From: Planctomycetota bacterium
GTDB lineage: Bacteria; Planctomycetota; UBA1135; UBA2386
Assembly (NCBI GenBank): GCA_044351865.1
Contig: JBILEY010000003.1
Location: 1-45,462, forward strand
Direction: 5' to 3'
Length of the DNA: 45,462 nt
Shown here piece after piece: positions 32,293 to 41,135 of the stretch (positions within the stretch are counted from its first letter, which is position 1; each line of letters opens with the position of its first letter). The translations under genes were made by a program, and so were the position numbers. The notes under the pieces were generated by a model. That model was not told the DNA's origin and did not search any database. It saw nothing but the letters and a program-made list of their open reading frames with translations.

Positions 32293-33606
32293 TCAACTGC
32301 CCTTCTTATCGACGATCTTGGCGTTCTCTCTGAGGAAATCACGGACCTTGCGCTCCAGCAGCGCCAGGCGCAGCTCGCCGAGCCGGTTCTCCCGCTCGAG
32401 GTGCTCGCGCACCTGGGCGGCGGAGAACTGCACGTTCTCGCTGCTGTTGGCGAGCGCGATCGCGCGCAGTTCGCCCTCGACGTCGTTCTCGGTGACGAAC
32501 AGCTTGTTCTGCTTCGCCACCGCCTCGATCAGGAAGAACAGCCGCACGCGGCGCTCGGCGTCCTGTTGGGCCTCGGCCTGCGATTCTTCCAGCTTCTTCT
32601 GGATCTCTTCGTCCTTGGCGCCGTTCTGCTGCAGGCGCTGGGCCAGCGAGCCGAGGGCGGCCTGCTTCTGCTCCTCGACCAGCGACGGCGGCACCGGGAT
32701 GGTGTGCTGCTCCATCAACTTCTGCAGGGCCTGCTCTTCCTGGCGGCCCTTGCCGAGGCGGGTCTTCTCCGCGGTGATGCGCTGCTGCAGGTCGGCGCGC
32801 AGCTCGGCGAGCGAGCCGAACTCGAGGCCCTTCGCCAGCTCTTCGTCGACCGGCGGCGGCGTCACGCGCAGCACCTCGGTGACCTTGGCGACGACCTTGC
32901 CCTGCTGGCCGCGCACTGCTTCCTTCTCGAAGTTGGCCGGGAAGGTGATCGCCATCTCGATGGTGGCGCCGGCCTTGGCGCCGATCACGGCCTGCGTGTA
33001 GGCGGCTTCGTCGACACCGTGCAGCGGCAGGCGGGTGTTCAGCTGGGCGGCGCTGCGGCTCAGCACTTCGGTGCCCTTGCCGTCGAGGAACGCGTAGTCG
33101 CACTTCAGGAAGTCGCCGTCGGCGGCGGCTTCGGTGGTCGGCTGGATCGTGCGCTTCTGGTGCACGATCTCCTTCAGCGCGTTGTCGACGTCGGCCTCCG
33201 ACGCTTCCCCCTCGAAGCCTTCGACCTCGAGGCCCTTGCTGGCCTTCAGCTCGAAGGTCGGGCGCACGTCGATCTTGGCGACGAACTTCAGCTGCTGGCC
33301 CGGCTTGACCTCGAGCGTCTCGAAGTCGTCGATGGCGATGCGGCCGACGGGGTTCAGGTCCTTGCTGCGACAGGCCTCGCCGAAGAAGCGATTGAGCATC
33401 TGCTCCTTCGCCTCGGCCAGGATGCCGTTGCCGAAGCGCTTCTCGACCAGATTGCGCGGGACCTTGCCCGGCCGGAAGCCCTTCATGTGGATCTGCTGGG
33501 TCGCCGACTGGAACATCCGATCCAGGTGTTCGTTGACGAGCGTCGGCGGGACCGTGATGGTCAGGGAGCGGCTGCAGGGGCCGGTTTCGGCAACCTGGAC
33601 TTCCAT
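32293..33606 (-). CDS. tig: Trigger factor
   Basis: GFRPGKVP ribosome-binding signature; 437 aa; classical tig-clpP-clpX order. Confidence 0.94.
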   Translation of the reverse strand: MEVQVAETGPCSRSLTITVPPTLVNEHLDRMFQSATQQIHMKGFRPGKVPRNLVEKRFGNGILAEAKEQMLNRFFGEACRSKDLNPVGRIAIDDFETLEVKPGQQLKFVAKIDVRPTFELKASKGLEVEGFEGEASEADVDNALKEIVHQKRTIQPTTEAAADGDFLKCDYAFLDGKGTEVLSRSAAQLNTRLPLHGVDEAAYTQAVIGAKAGATIEMAITFPANFEKEAVRGQQGKVVAKVTEVLRVTPPPVDEELAKGLEFGSLAELRADLQQRITAEKTRLGKGRQEEQALQKLMEQHTIPVPPSLVEEQKQAALGSLAQRLQQNGAKDEEIQKKLEESQAEAQQDAERRVRLFFLIEAVAKQNKLFVTENDVEGELRAIALANSSENVQFSAAQVREHLERENRLGELRLALLERKVRDFLRENAKIVDKKGS

Positions 33607-33656
33607 GGCGATGTCTGGCTAGCGGGAATGCGGCGCCGGCGCGGGTCGCGACGGCG

Positions 33657-33699
33657 AAAAGGGGGCGAACATCTTGTCGCCATGCTCCTGCGGGGTCAA
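33657..33699 (-). promoter_or_regulatory. Putative sigma70 promoter of tig-clpP-clpX-rlmN with GC-rich discriminator
   Basis: TTGACC-17 nt-CAAGAT-GTTCGCCCCCTTTT on the minus strand. Confidence 0.55.
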
Positions 33700-33836
33700 G
33701 GCGACGCGCGGCCTTCGTCCCCACGAAGCACGAATCGGCAACTCGCTGGCGGCGCGCGGCACGGGTCGCGCGGCGCCCGTCAGGCTCGCTGGTGGGGACC
33801 GGTGGGGAGCGGCCGGGATCGGCGTCGAGCTGGCTG

Positions 33837-35177
33837 CTACTTGCCGCCGACCGGCTTGCCCAGCGACTGCAGGGCGGCCTTGACCTTGTCCTGCTGCAGC
33901 GTCTCCCGGAACACGGCGTCGTACTTGCCGATCGCTTCGATCTCGGCCGCCGGCAGGCCGGATTCCTTGATCAGCTTGATCAGGCTCTGCACCTTCTTGC
34001 GCCGGGCTTCGCACCGCATCATCCCGGCCACGGCCTTCTGCACCATCGCCGCCGTCTCGCCGGCCTTCTCCGCCGCGTGCACGAAGTCGTTGTAGGCCTC
34101 GTTGTAGTCCTCACTGGCGATCCCGAGCTGGCCGCGCAGTTCGTAGAGCGCCGCTTCGCCCTTGCGGCCCGGCTTCTTCAGCTGTTCGTCCAGCGCCCGC
34201 CGCAGGCGCGTGATGCCCTGTTTGTCGCCGAGGGCCTGGATGGTCAGCGCCGCCTGCAGGCCGAGGTCGTTCAGCTCGCCCTTCTGGATGATGTCGGTCA
34301 GGTTGCGGATCGTCGGCTCGTGGTCGCGCGGGGCGATCGTCGCCAGCGCCTCGATCAGCCGCTTGGTGTCGCGCCAGTCGATGCGCTCGCGGCTCAGCAG
34401 CGGCAGCAGTTCGCGGGCCACCTGGTCGTGTTCGCGCACGGCGGCGGCGAAGTAGTCGATGTAGGCCGGCAGCAGCTTGTTGTCCTTCTCGTTGGTGTAG
34501 GCGGTGCGAACGAGTTCGAGCACGCTCGGACTGCCGATGGCCGCGAGGCAATCGAGTGCTTCGAGCCGAACGCTGCGGTCGGCCGACGCCAGCATCGCCG
34601 CGACCTTCGGGGCGGCGCCGACAGCGCGGCGACGGCCCAGCGCTTCCAGCACGAGCCGCCGCGTCTCCGCCTTCGGCTGGTCGAGCAGGTCGAGCAGCAG
34701 CGTCGTCGCCGCCGGGGTCTCGCTCGCGCCGAGCAGGCGGATCGCCTCGCCGCGCGCCGTCTCGCTCTGACCGAGCGCCAGCTCGACCAGGGCGCCGAAC
34801 TGCTCCGCGAGTTCGCAGCGCGCCAGCAGCCTGCCGCAGTTGCTGGCCAGATGGCGCGCCGCATCGGTGTTCTGGGCCGGCGTGAGGTGCGCCAGCAGCT
34901 CCGGCACGACGGCGTCACCCAAGGCGAGGATCGTCTCGAAGCGGCCATCGAGCGTGGCCTTGTTGGCGTCGTATTCGACGCTCAGGTCGGCCACGAACGG
35001 CTCGAGCAGTTTGCCCTCGGGGTGGCGTGAGGCGCGTTCGCGCGCCAGCTTGCCGAGTTCGGCCACAGGCACCTGCGCGCTGCTGGTCGCGAGCGGCAGC
35101 ACCAGCACCAGGGCGGAGCACACGAGGGATCGGAGGTGGCTCGTGGAACGGGTCGGCGCGCGGCGCGATGGCGGCAT
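33837..35177 (-). CDS. Exported HEAT-repeat protein with TPR-like C-terminus
   Basis: Signal-like LVCSALVLVLPLATSSA; repeats such as ETARGEAIRLLG, ETRRLVLEALG and RSVRLEALDCLA; TPR-like ALYELRGQLGIASEDYNEAYNDF. Confidence 0.75.
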   Translation of the reverse strand: MPPSRRAPTRSTSHLRSLVCSALVLVLPLATSSAQVPVAELGKLARERASRHPEGKLLEPFVADLSVEYDANKATLDGRFETILALGDAVVPELLAHLTPAQNTDAARHLASNCGRLLARCELAEQFGALVELALGQSETARGEAIRLLGASETPAATTLLLDLLDQPKAETRRLVLEALGRRRAVGAAPKVAAMLASADRSVRLEALDCLAAIGSPSVLELVRTAYTNEKDNKLLPAYIDYFAAAVREHDQVARELLPLLSRERIDWRDTKRLIEALATIAPRDHEPTIRNLTDIIQKGELNDLGLQAALTIQALGDKQGITRLRRALDEQLKKPGRKGEAALYELRGQLGIASEDYNEAYNDFVHAAEKAGETAAMVQKAVAGMMRCEARRKKVQSLIKLIKESGLPAAEIEAIGKYDAVFRETLQQDKVKAALQSLGKPVGGK

Positions 35178-35183
35178 GGCGCG

Positions 35184-35213
35184 AGTCTAGGTGCCTTGCC
35201 GGCAACTGCACAA
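35184..35213 (-). promoter_or_regulatory. Putative promoter giving a leaderless transcript for the HEAT gene
   Basis: TTGTGC-18 nt-TAGACT, then 6 nt to ATG 35177. Confidence 0.45.
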
Positions 35214-35450
35214 GGCGCGCCCCGCGCGCTGGTTCGCCGCTGGCAACGGCGCTGCAGTCGCGGCCCGCTGTCGGTCGATGGCTAGGGCATGTGGACCTAC
35301 GTGCTTCGTCATCGATTGCTGTTGCGGGCGATCTACGCGCGGTCGGAGCCGGTCGTCTGACGCGTGTGGCTGGCACGCGGCGCCGCCGGTTGGTGGTCGC
35401 GCCCGACGAACGGCCCTTGCCTTCGTCGCCGCCGTTCGAAAAGCTAGGCG

Positions 35451-37262
35451 GTGGTGACTCGTGACTTCGACGTGATCGTGGTCGGCGGCGGCCACGCCGG
35501 CGTGGAAGCGGCGACGGCTGCCGCGCGCCTTGGCTGTCGCACGGCGATGGTGGTGCTCGATCCGGCGGCGATCGGCCGCATGTCGTGCAACCCGGCGATC
35601 GGCGGGCTCGCCAAGGGCCAGCTGGTGCGCGAGGTCGACGCGCTCGGCGGCGAGATGGGGGTCGTCACCGACCAGACCGGCATCCAGTTCCGGATGCTGA
35701 ACACGAGCAAAGGGCCGGCGGTGCGCTCGCCGCGCGCGCAGTGCGATCGCGATGCCTACAACCGCGCGATGGTCGCGCGCGTGCTCGGCTACGCGAACCT
35801 GACGGTGGTCGCGGGCGAGGCCGTGGCGCTGCGCCGCAGCGGCGACGGCGCCGCGATCGCCGGCGTGGCGCTGGCCGACGGCTCGCAGCTGGCGGCGCCG
35901 GCGTTGGTGCTGACGACGGGCACGTTCCTCGGTGGCCGCTTGTTCGCCGGCGCCTGGGAACAACCCGGCGGCCGCCACGGCGAAGCGCCGGCGGCGCGCA
36001 TCAGCGCGTCGCTGCGCGAATGCGGGCTGCGTCTTGGGCGGCACAAGACCGGCACGCCGCCGCGGCTGCACCGCGACTCGATCGACTTCACCGGCCTCGA
36101 ACCGCAGCCCGGCGACGACCCGCCACAGCCGTTCTCGTTCCGCACCAAGCGGCTCGACACCGTCCAGATGCACTGCTGGCTGACGCGCACGACGCCGGCG
36201 ACGCACGCGATCATCCGCGCCAACGCGCACCACTCGCCGATGTTCCAGGGCCGCATCCAGGGGGTCGGCCCGCGCTACTGCCCGAGCGTCGAGGACAAGG
36301 TCGTGCGCTTCGCCGAGCAGGACTCGCACCCGATCTTCCTCGAGCCCGAAGGCCGCGATTCGGTCGAGATCTACCCGAACGGCGTGTCGACCAGCCTGCC
36401 GGCCGAAGTGCAGGTCGCGTTCCTGCGCACGATCCCGGGCCTCGAGCGGGTCGAGGTGCTGCGGCCCGGCTACGCGGTCGAGTACGACTACATCCTGACC
36501 GACCAGATCCGCGGCGACCTGCAGGTGGCGACGGTGCGCGGCCTGTTCGCCGCCGGCCAGATCAACGGCACCAGCGGCTACGAAGAAGCGGCGGGGCAGG
36601 GTCTCGTCGCCGGCCTCAACGCGGCGCGTTTCGCGCGCGGGCAGGACTCGTTCGTGTTCGATCGCGCGACCGCCTACCTCGGCGTCATGGTCGACGATCT
36701 CTGCCGCGTGAACCCGACCGAGCCATACCGGATGTTCACCAGCCGCGCCGAGTTCCGATTGCTGCTGCGCAGCGACAACGCCGACCGGCGGTTGACGCCG
36801 ATCGGCGAACGGCTCGGCCTCGTCGATGCGGCGCAGGCCGCCGGCGTGCAGCAGAAGGAGCAGCGCATCGCGGCGGCGCGCAAGTGGCTCGACCTGCGCC
36901 GGCACGAGGGCCGAACGCTGACCGAGTGGCTGCGGCGGCCCGAGGTCGACACAGCGCAGCTGCTGGTCTGGGACGAGACGCTGCGCGGCATGGCGCTGTC
37001 GCCGGCCGAGCTGGCCGAGGTCGAGGCCGAAGTGAAGTACGCGGGCTATGTCGAACGGCAGGCGATGGAGGTGGCGCGCCTCCAGCGCATGGAGCAGCGG
37101 CGCATTCCCGCGACGTTCGACTACGCGGCGATCCCGGGCCTCAGCAACGAAGCGCGCGCGCGACTGCTGCAACGGCGGCCCTTGACGCTCGGCGAGGCGT
37201 CGCGCATCGCCGGCGTGCGTCAAGCCGACGTGCAGTTGCTGTTGGTCAAACTAGGGCGCTGA
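35451..37262 (+). CDS. mnmG: tRNA uridine-5-carboxymethylaminomethyl(34) synthesis enzyme MnmG (GidA)
   Basis: VVGGGHAGVEAA, MSCNPAIGG, KGPAVRSPRAQ, KTGTPPRL, GPRYCPSVEDK, AGQINGTSGYEEAAGQG and EPYRMFTSRAEFRL. Confidence 0.97.
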   Translation: MVTRDFDVIVVGGGHAGVEAATAAARLGCRTAMVVLDPAAIGRMSCNPAIGGLAKGQLVREVDALGGEMGVVTDQTGIQFRMLNTSKGPAVRSPRAQCDRDAYNRAMVARVLGYANLTVVAGEAVALRRSGDGAAIAGVALADGSQLAAPALVLTTGTFLGGRLFAGAWEQPGGRHGEAPAARISASLRECGLRLGRHKTGTPPRLHRDSIDFTGLEPQPGDDPPQPFSFRTKRLDTVQMHCWLTRTTPATHAIIRANAHHSPMFQGRIQGVGPRYCPSVEDKVVRFAEQDSHPIFLEPEGRDSVEIYPNGVSTSLPAEVQVAFLRTIPGLERVEVLRPGYAVEYDYILTDQIRGDLQVATVRGLFAAGQINGTSGYEEAAGQGLVAGLNAARFARGQDSFVFDRATAYLGVMVDDLCRVNPTEPYRMFTSRAEFRLLLRSDNADRRLTPIGERLGLVDAAQAAGVQQKEQRIAAARKWLDLRRHEGRTLTEWLRRPEVDTAQLLVWDETLRGMALSPAELAEVEAEVKYAGYVERQAMEVARLQRMEQRRIPATFDYAAIPGLSNEARARLLQRRPLTLGEASRIAGVRQADVQLLLVKLGR

Positions 37263-37284
37263 TGCGCGGTGCGCCGCGCGCCGC

Positions 37285-37872
37285 TCACATCTGCAGCACG
37301 GCCTTGATCAGGCCTTCGATGTCGCCGGCCGCTGGCGCTGCGGCGCTGCGGCGCACCTTCTCGACCTTGTCGCGCGCATCCTTCTCGCTGTAGCCGAGCG
37401 TGACCAGCGCGGCGATCGCATCGTCGTTCGTCTGGTTCGGCAGCGGGCGTTCGCCGGCGGCCGGCAGGTCGAGCTTCGCCATCGCGTCGCGCAGCTCGAG
37501 GCACAAGCGCTCGGCGGTCTTCTGGCCGACGCCCTTCACCGCCTTCAGCGCCGCGGTGTCGCCCCGGGCGATCGCCAGCGCCAGGTCGTGCGGCGCGAAC
37601 ACGCTGAGCAGCGCGAGCGCCAGCGTCGGTCCGACGCCGCTGACCGACAGCAGCTTCTTCGCCAGTTCGCGCTCGGCGCGCGACGCGAAGCCGAGCAGCG
37701 ACGGCGTGCCGTCTACCACGTGCAGGATGGTGAACACCTGGCAGGTGGCGCCGACTTTCAGCTCGGTGGCCGAACTCAAGCTGATGCGCAGCTCGTAGCC
37801 GACGCCTCCGCAACGGACCACGGCGCGCGAGGCGCTCTTGTCGACGACGTCGCCGAGCAGGTGGTCGTACAT
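37285..37872 (-). CDS. ruvA: Holliday junction branch migration protein RuvA
   Basis: GGVGYEL, LLGF, LLSVSGVGPTLALALL, VKGVGQKTAERLCLEL and DAIAALVTLGY. Confidence 0.94.
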   Translation of the reverse strand: MYDHLLGDVVDKSASRAVVRCGGVGYELRISLSSATELKVGATCQVFTILHVVDGTPSLLGFASRAERELAKKLLSVSGVGPTLALALLSVFAPHDLALAIARGDTAALKAVKGVGQKTAERLCLELRDAMAKLDLPAAGERPLPNQTNDDAIAALVTLGYSEKDARDKVEKVRRSAAAPAAGDIEGLIKAVLQM

Positions 37873-37897
37873 GCGCGGGGATCCGCCGAGGCGGCGA

Positions 37898-39214
37898 TCA
37901 GCCGCGCAGCGACAGCCCGAACTCGTCGAGCTTGGTCTTGATCTCGTTCAGCGAGGTCTGGCCGAAGTTCGGGCACGCCAGCAACTCGGCCTCGGTCTTC
38001 TGCGCGAGGTCGCCGATCGTGCGGATCTTCAGCAGATCGACGATGCGGCGGCTGCGGACCGACAAGTCGAGCTCGCTGATCGGGCGACGCGACGGGTCCG
38101 GGCTGTTCGGGTCCGGCTGCTCTTCGAGGCGCGCCGCCGGCTCGGACATCTCGCCGAGGTCCTTGCTCATCAGTTCGTCGGCCGTCATGCCGAGGCGGAG
38201 TCCCTTGTTCTTCAGGATCTCCTTGATCTCGGTCAGCGACGTCTCGCCGAAGTTCTTGTAGCTGAGCAGCTCGGCTTCGGTCTTCTTGACCAGGTCGCCG
38301 AGCGTGCGGATGTTCATCTTCGCGAGGCAGTTGCGCGAACGGACCGACAGCTCGAAGTCGTTGATCGGCGTGCGCAGCAGCTTGTTGCGCTTGTCGTCGC
38401 GGCGCTCCTGGTCCTCGTCGTAGTACATGTTCAGCGCCGCGGCCGCATCGCGGCGATACAGGCGCGCGCGCGAGTTGTCCGGGTTCGCCTGCAGCGCCAG
38501 GTCGAAGCACTGCATGGCGCGGCGGTAGTTGCCCATGTCCTCGTAGAGGATGCCGAGATTGACCACGCAGGCGACGTTGACCGGCGGCGACATCAGCGCG
38601 CGCTCGTAGAGCTCGCGCGCCTCTTCGTCCTCGCCGCGCAGGTCGACGTTCAGCGCGAGGCGGAACAAGGCCTGCTTGTGGTTCGGATCGGCCGCCATCA
38701 CCTCGTCGTAGAGCTCGATCGCCTTGGTGACGTCGCGATTCAGTTCGGCGACGCGGCCCGAGTAGTACTTGCGGTCGTTCTCGCCGAGCAGCGCATTGCA
38801 CTTCTCGACGTCCTTGGTCAACCGCTCGGCCTCGTTGGCGTAGTCGAGAGCGCGCAGCCACACCAGCGCTTGCGCCGGATCGGACTCGCGCTTGTTCAGC
38901 AGTTTCGCCGCATCGTCGAGGTTGCCGACGGCGGCCAGGCTGCTGGCGAGGCACAAGGCGACGACCGGGTTGGCCTTGTCGGCCTGGAGCAGCGAGATCG
39001 CATCCTGGTGCCGGCCGAGGGCCCACAAGGCGATGCCGCGGGCCGTGCCCTTGGCGCGGGGGTCCTGCAGCCAGTCGCGCAACTGCTGCAGCGCATCGAC
39101 CGATTGGAACACGGCGGCGCGGAAGGCATCGAGCTTGGTCGGCGTGATGTCGCCGGACAGCAGCGAAGCGGGGTCGAGCGAAGGGATGGGGGCGTTCGTG
39201 ACCGTGTCCGTCAT
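37898..39214 (-). CDS. TPR protein with two tandem RNA polymerase alpha-CTD domains
   Basis: Start ATG 39214 preferred. TPRs include KAIELYDEVMAADPNH, EARELYERAL and NLGILYEDMGNYRRAMQCFDLALQANPDN. Then TPINDFELSVRSRNCLAKMNIRTLGDLVKKTEAELLSYKNFGETSLTEIK and RPISELDLSVRSRRIVDLLKIRTIGDLAQKTEAELLACPNFGQTSLNEIK. Confidence 0.9.
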   Translation of the reverse strand: MTDTVTNAPIPSLDPASLLSGDITPTKLDAFRAAVFQSVDALQQLRDWLQDPRAKGTARGIALWALGRHQDAISLLQADKANPVVALCLASSLAAVGNLDDAAKLLNKRESDPAQALVWLRALDYANEAERLTKDVEKCNALLGENDRKYYSGRVAELNRDVTKAIELYDEVMAADPNHKQALFRLALNVDLRGEDEEARELYERALMSPPVNVACVVNLGILYEDMGNYRRAMQCFDLALQANPDNSRARLYRRDAAAALNMYYDEDQERRDDKRNKLLRTPINDFELSVRSRNCLAKMNIRTLGDLVKKTEAELLSYKNFGETSLTEIKEILKNKGLRLGMTADELMSKDLGEMSEPAARLEEQPDPNSPDPSRRPISELDLSVRSRRIVDLLKIRTIGDLAQKTEAELLACPNFGQTSLNEIKTKLDEFGLSLRG

Positions 39215-39277
39215 CGTGATCGTGCGTCGCTGGGTGCGGGAGCGGCTCGCGAGTTGCTGCCGGGGGCCCGAGCCCAC

Positions 39278-39319
39278 AAAGGGGCGGGGAGCCTAGGGGT
39301 TGGTCGGGGTCGCGGTCAA
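39278..39319 (-). promoter_or_regulatory. Putative sigma70 promoter of the TPR-alphaCTD gene (and ruvA)
   Basis: TTGACC-18 nt-TAGGCT-CCCCGCCCCTTT on the minus strand. Confidence 0.65.
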
Positions 39320-39323
39320 GTTG

Positions 39324-40601
39324 TCAGCTGGCGCGGGCGATCGCTGCCGCGTAGACGGCGGCGAGGTCGGCCGCCATCGCCCCGAAGCCGCGGGCCAAAG
39401 GCCGCGCTGCCTGCGCCATGCGCGCCACCAGCCGCCGGTCCGCGCACATTCCGCGCAGCGCCTCCGTCCAGGCGCCGACGTCGCCCGGGGGCAGCACCCG
39501 CCCGGCCTCGCCGTCGGCGACTGCGTCCTGAAGGCCGCCGATGCGGCTGACCAGCACCGGGCGACCTGCCGCCAAGGCTTCGCGCACGGTCAGCCCGAAG
39601 GCCTCGTGCCACAGCGCCGGCGCCGCCAGCACGTCGATCTCCGACAGCAGCTCCGGCAGTTCGCCGAGCCCGTAGGGGCCGAAGTAGTGCACGCCGCTGC
39701 CGGGCTGCAGCCGTTGGAAGCAGCGCGTGCCGTAGCTCTCGTCGCCGTGGTAGGGCACGACGTTCCCGTGGATGCGCAACACCGCGGCGCCGCGCGGCAG
39801 GGCCGCCATCGCGTCGAGCAGCACGTGCAGGCCCTTGCTCGGCATCACCGTGCCGAAGTAGCCGACGCGCAGTGGGCCGGGCCCTGTCGCCGGCGGTGGC
39901 AGTTGCTGCAAGCGTTCGGTGTCGACCCCGTTCTCGACGACGACGAAGCGGTCGGCGGGCACACCGAGAGCCACGAACGGCGGGATGGCGCGCGCACTCG
40001 GCACCACCAATTGTTGCGGCAGCGCCAGCGCCTGCAGGGCGTCGGCGTGCACGCGGGCGACCTTGGCTTCGCGATCGCCGTCGCCGAGCCACCAAGGGAA
40101 CGTCGCCTGCAGGCATTCGCCGCAGCGGCGCAGTTCGGCGGTCTCGCAGGCTTCGCCGCGGTGGTGGAACATCTGGCCGCGCGGGCAGAACAGCCAGTAG
40201 TCGTGCAGCGTCAGCACGGTCGGCACGGCCGCGGCGCGCAGGGCCTGCAGGCTGTCGAGCGACATGCCGGTCAGGTGGTGCACGTGGGCGACGTCGAAGC
40301 GCACGCCGACGCTGGCGCGGCTGGCGAGGAACCGCTGCATCGCCGCTGCCATCGGCTCGCTGCGGTAGATGTCGGCCAGCGTGTGCACGTTCTCCCAGCG
40401 GTAGGCCACGCGGTGGATGCGCGGGGCGTCGCCAGGCAGCGTCGTCCATTCTCCTTGCTTGGTGCCCGGCAAGTGGCCGCGCGCGAAGATCTCGACCTCG
40501 TGGCCGGCGGCGACCAGCGCCCTGGCCAAGCCATCGACGTGCTGCTCGACCCCACCGACGCTGTCGGGCGGCAGGCCGTGGCTCACCAGCAGGATGTGCA
40601 T
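39324..40601 (-). CDS. Glycosyltransferase, GT-B fold (GT4 family)
   Basis: MHILLVSHGLPPDSVGGVE, VLTLHDYWLFCP, GYFGTVMPSKG and EAFGLTVREALAAGRPVLVSRIGG (ExxxxxxxE). Confidence 0.9.
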   Translation of the reverse strand: MHILLVSHGLPPDSVGGVEQHVDGLARALVAAGHEVEIFARGHLPGTKQGEWTTLPGDAPRIHRVAYRWENVHTLADIYRSEPMAAAMQRFLASRASVGVRFDVAHVHHLTGMSLDSLQALRAAAVPTVLTLHDYWLFCPRGQMFHHRGEACETAELRRCGECLQATFPWWLGDGDREAKVARVHADALQALALPQQLVVPSARAIPPFVALGVPADRFVVVENGVDTERLQQLPPPATGPGPLRVGYFGTVMPSKGLHVLLDAMAALPRGAAVLRIHGNVVPYHGDESYGTRCFQRLQPGSGVHYFGPYGLGELPELLSEIDVLAAPALWHEAFGLTVREALAAGRPVLVSRIGGLQDAVADGEAGRVLPPGDVGAWTEALRGMCADRRLVARMAQAARPLARGFGAMAADLAAVYAAAIARAS

Positions 40602-40643
40602 CTGCGCACCATGCCTGCCTGACTGCTGCTGCGCAATCGAGGT

Positions 40644-40684
40644 TTGACCGCCCGCGGTTTCGCCGCTAGGCTCCCCGCCCCTTT
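40644..40684 (+). promoter_or_regulatory. Putative sigma70 promoter of rpmH
   Basis: TTGACC-17 nt-TAGGCT-CCCCGCCCCTTT. Confidence 0.65.
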
Positions 40685-40736
40685 ATCCAGTCGAGGACGG
40701 CCGCAAGGTGCGGTGTCGCCTCGCGCGAGTGCCGCC

Positions 40737-40871
40737 ATGAAGCTCAAGGTCCGTCGTTCGAAGGTGAAGCGTCTGAAGAAGGTCGGGTTCCGCACCCGCA
40801 GCAAGACCACCGGTGGCCGCAAGGTCATCAAGCGCAAGATCAAGCGCTCGGGCAAATTCCGCGTCGGCTGA
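40737..40871 (+). CDS. rpmH: 50S ribosomal protein L34
   Basis: 44 aa, very basic: MKLKVRRSKVKRLKKVGFRTRSKTTGGRKVIKRK (L34 pattern S..KR....GFR.R..T..GR.VI..R). Confidence 0.88.
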   Translation: MKLKVRRSKVKRLKKVGFRTRSKTTGGRKVIKRKIKRSGKFRVG

Positions 40872-40886
40872 TCGGCGCCGACAGCT

Positions 40887-40925
40887 CTGCAGCCATAGCA
40901 GCTGCAGCCATAGCAGCTGCAGCCA
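40887..40925. repeat. 15-bp tandem repeat, about 2.6 copies
   Basis: CTGCAGCCATAGCAG x2 followed by CTGCAGCCA. Confidence 0.8.
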
Positions 40926-41097
40926 AACGCTGCAGCGACAGCGGAGCGCCGGCGACAGCAGCTCCGCATTTCCCGCGCGACTTCGTCGGTGCCTCGGCTA
41001 CGAGGGCCGCGGAGCCGCGCGGCGTCGTTTCGGCATTGGCGAGGGTGCTCGGCGCGGTTGATCGCGGCGCGGTTTGATCGCGAATAGGCGCCAGCTG

Positions 41098-41135
41098 GTG
41101 CCACGGCATCACCGGCGTGCCACGGAACCACCGGC
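41098..41135. repeat. 19-bp imperfect tandem duplication
   Basis: GTGCCACGGCATCACCGGC / GTGCCACGGAACCACCGGC (17/19 identical). Confidence 0.75.

Noticed and set aside
35190-35450. tRNA or riboswitch in larger intergenic gaps (also 33607-33836 and 15800-15971)
   Set aside because: No cloverleaf, T-loop or recognizable aptamer by eye; an Rfam scan would be needed to exclude it fully.
37898-39214. Calling this gene rpoA
   Set aside because: It lacks the alpha-NTD dimerization domain and the rpsM-rpsK-rplQ context.
39278-40684. Mobile element bounded by 19-bp inverted repeats carrying the glycosyltransferase
   Set aside because: No transposase or target-site duplication; the repeats coincide with -10/discriminator elements of outward-facing promoters, which explains them better.
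40683-40691. Possible oriC near rpmH/mnmG (TTATCCAGT resembles a DnaA box)
   Set aside because: A single 7/9 match with no box cluster, no AT-rich unwinding element and no dnaA in the window.
40887-41135. CRISPR-like repeats
   Set aside because: Directly adjacent short duplications without spacers; no cas genes.
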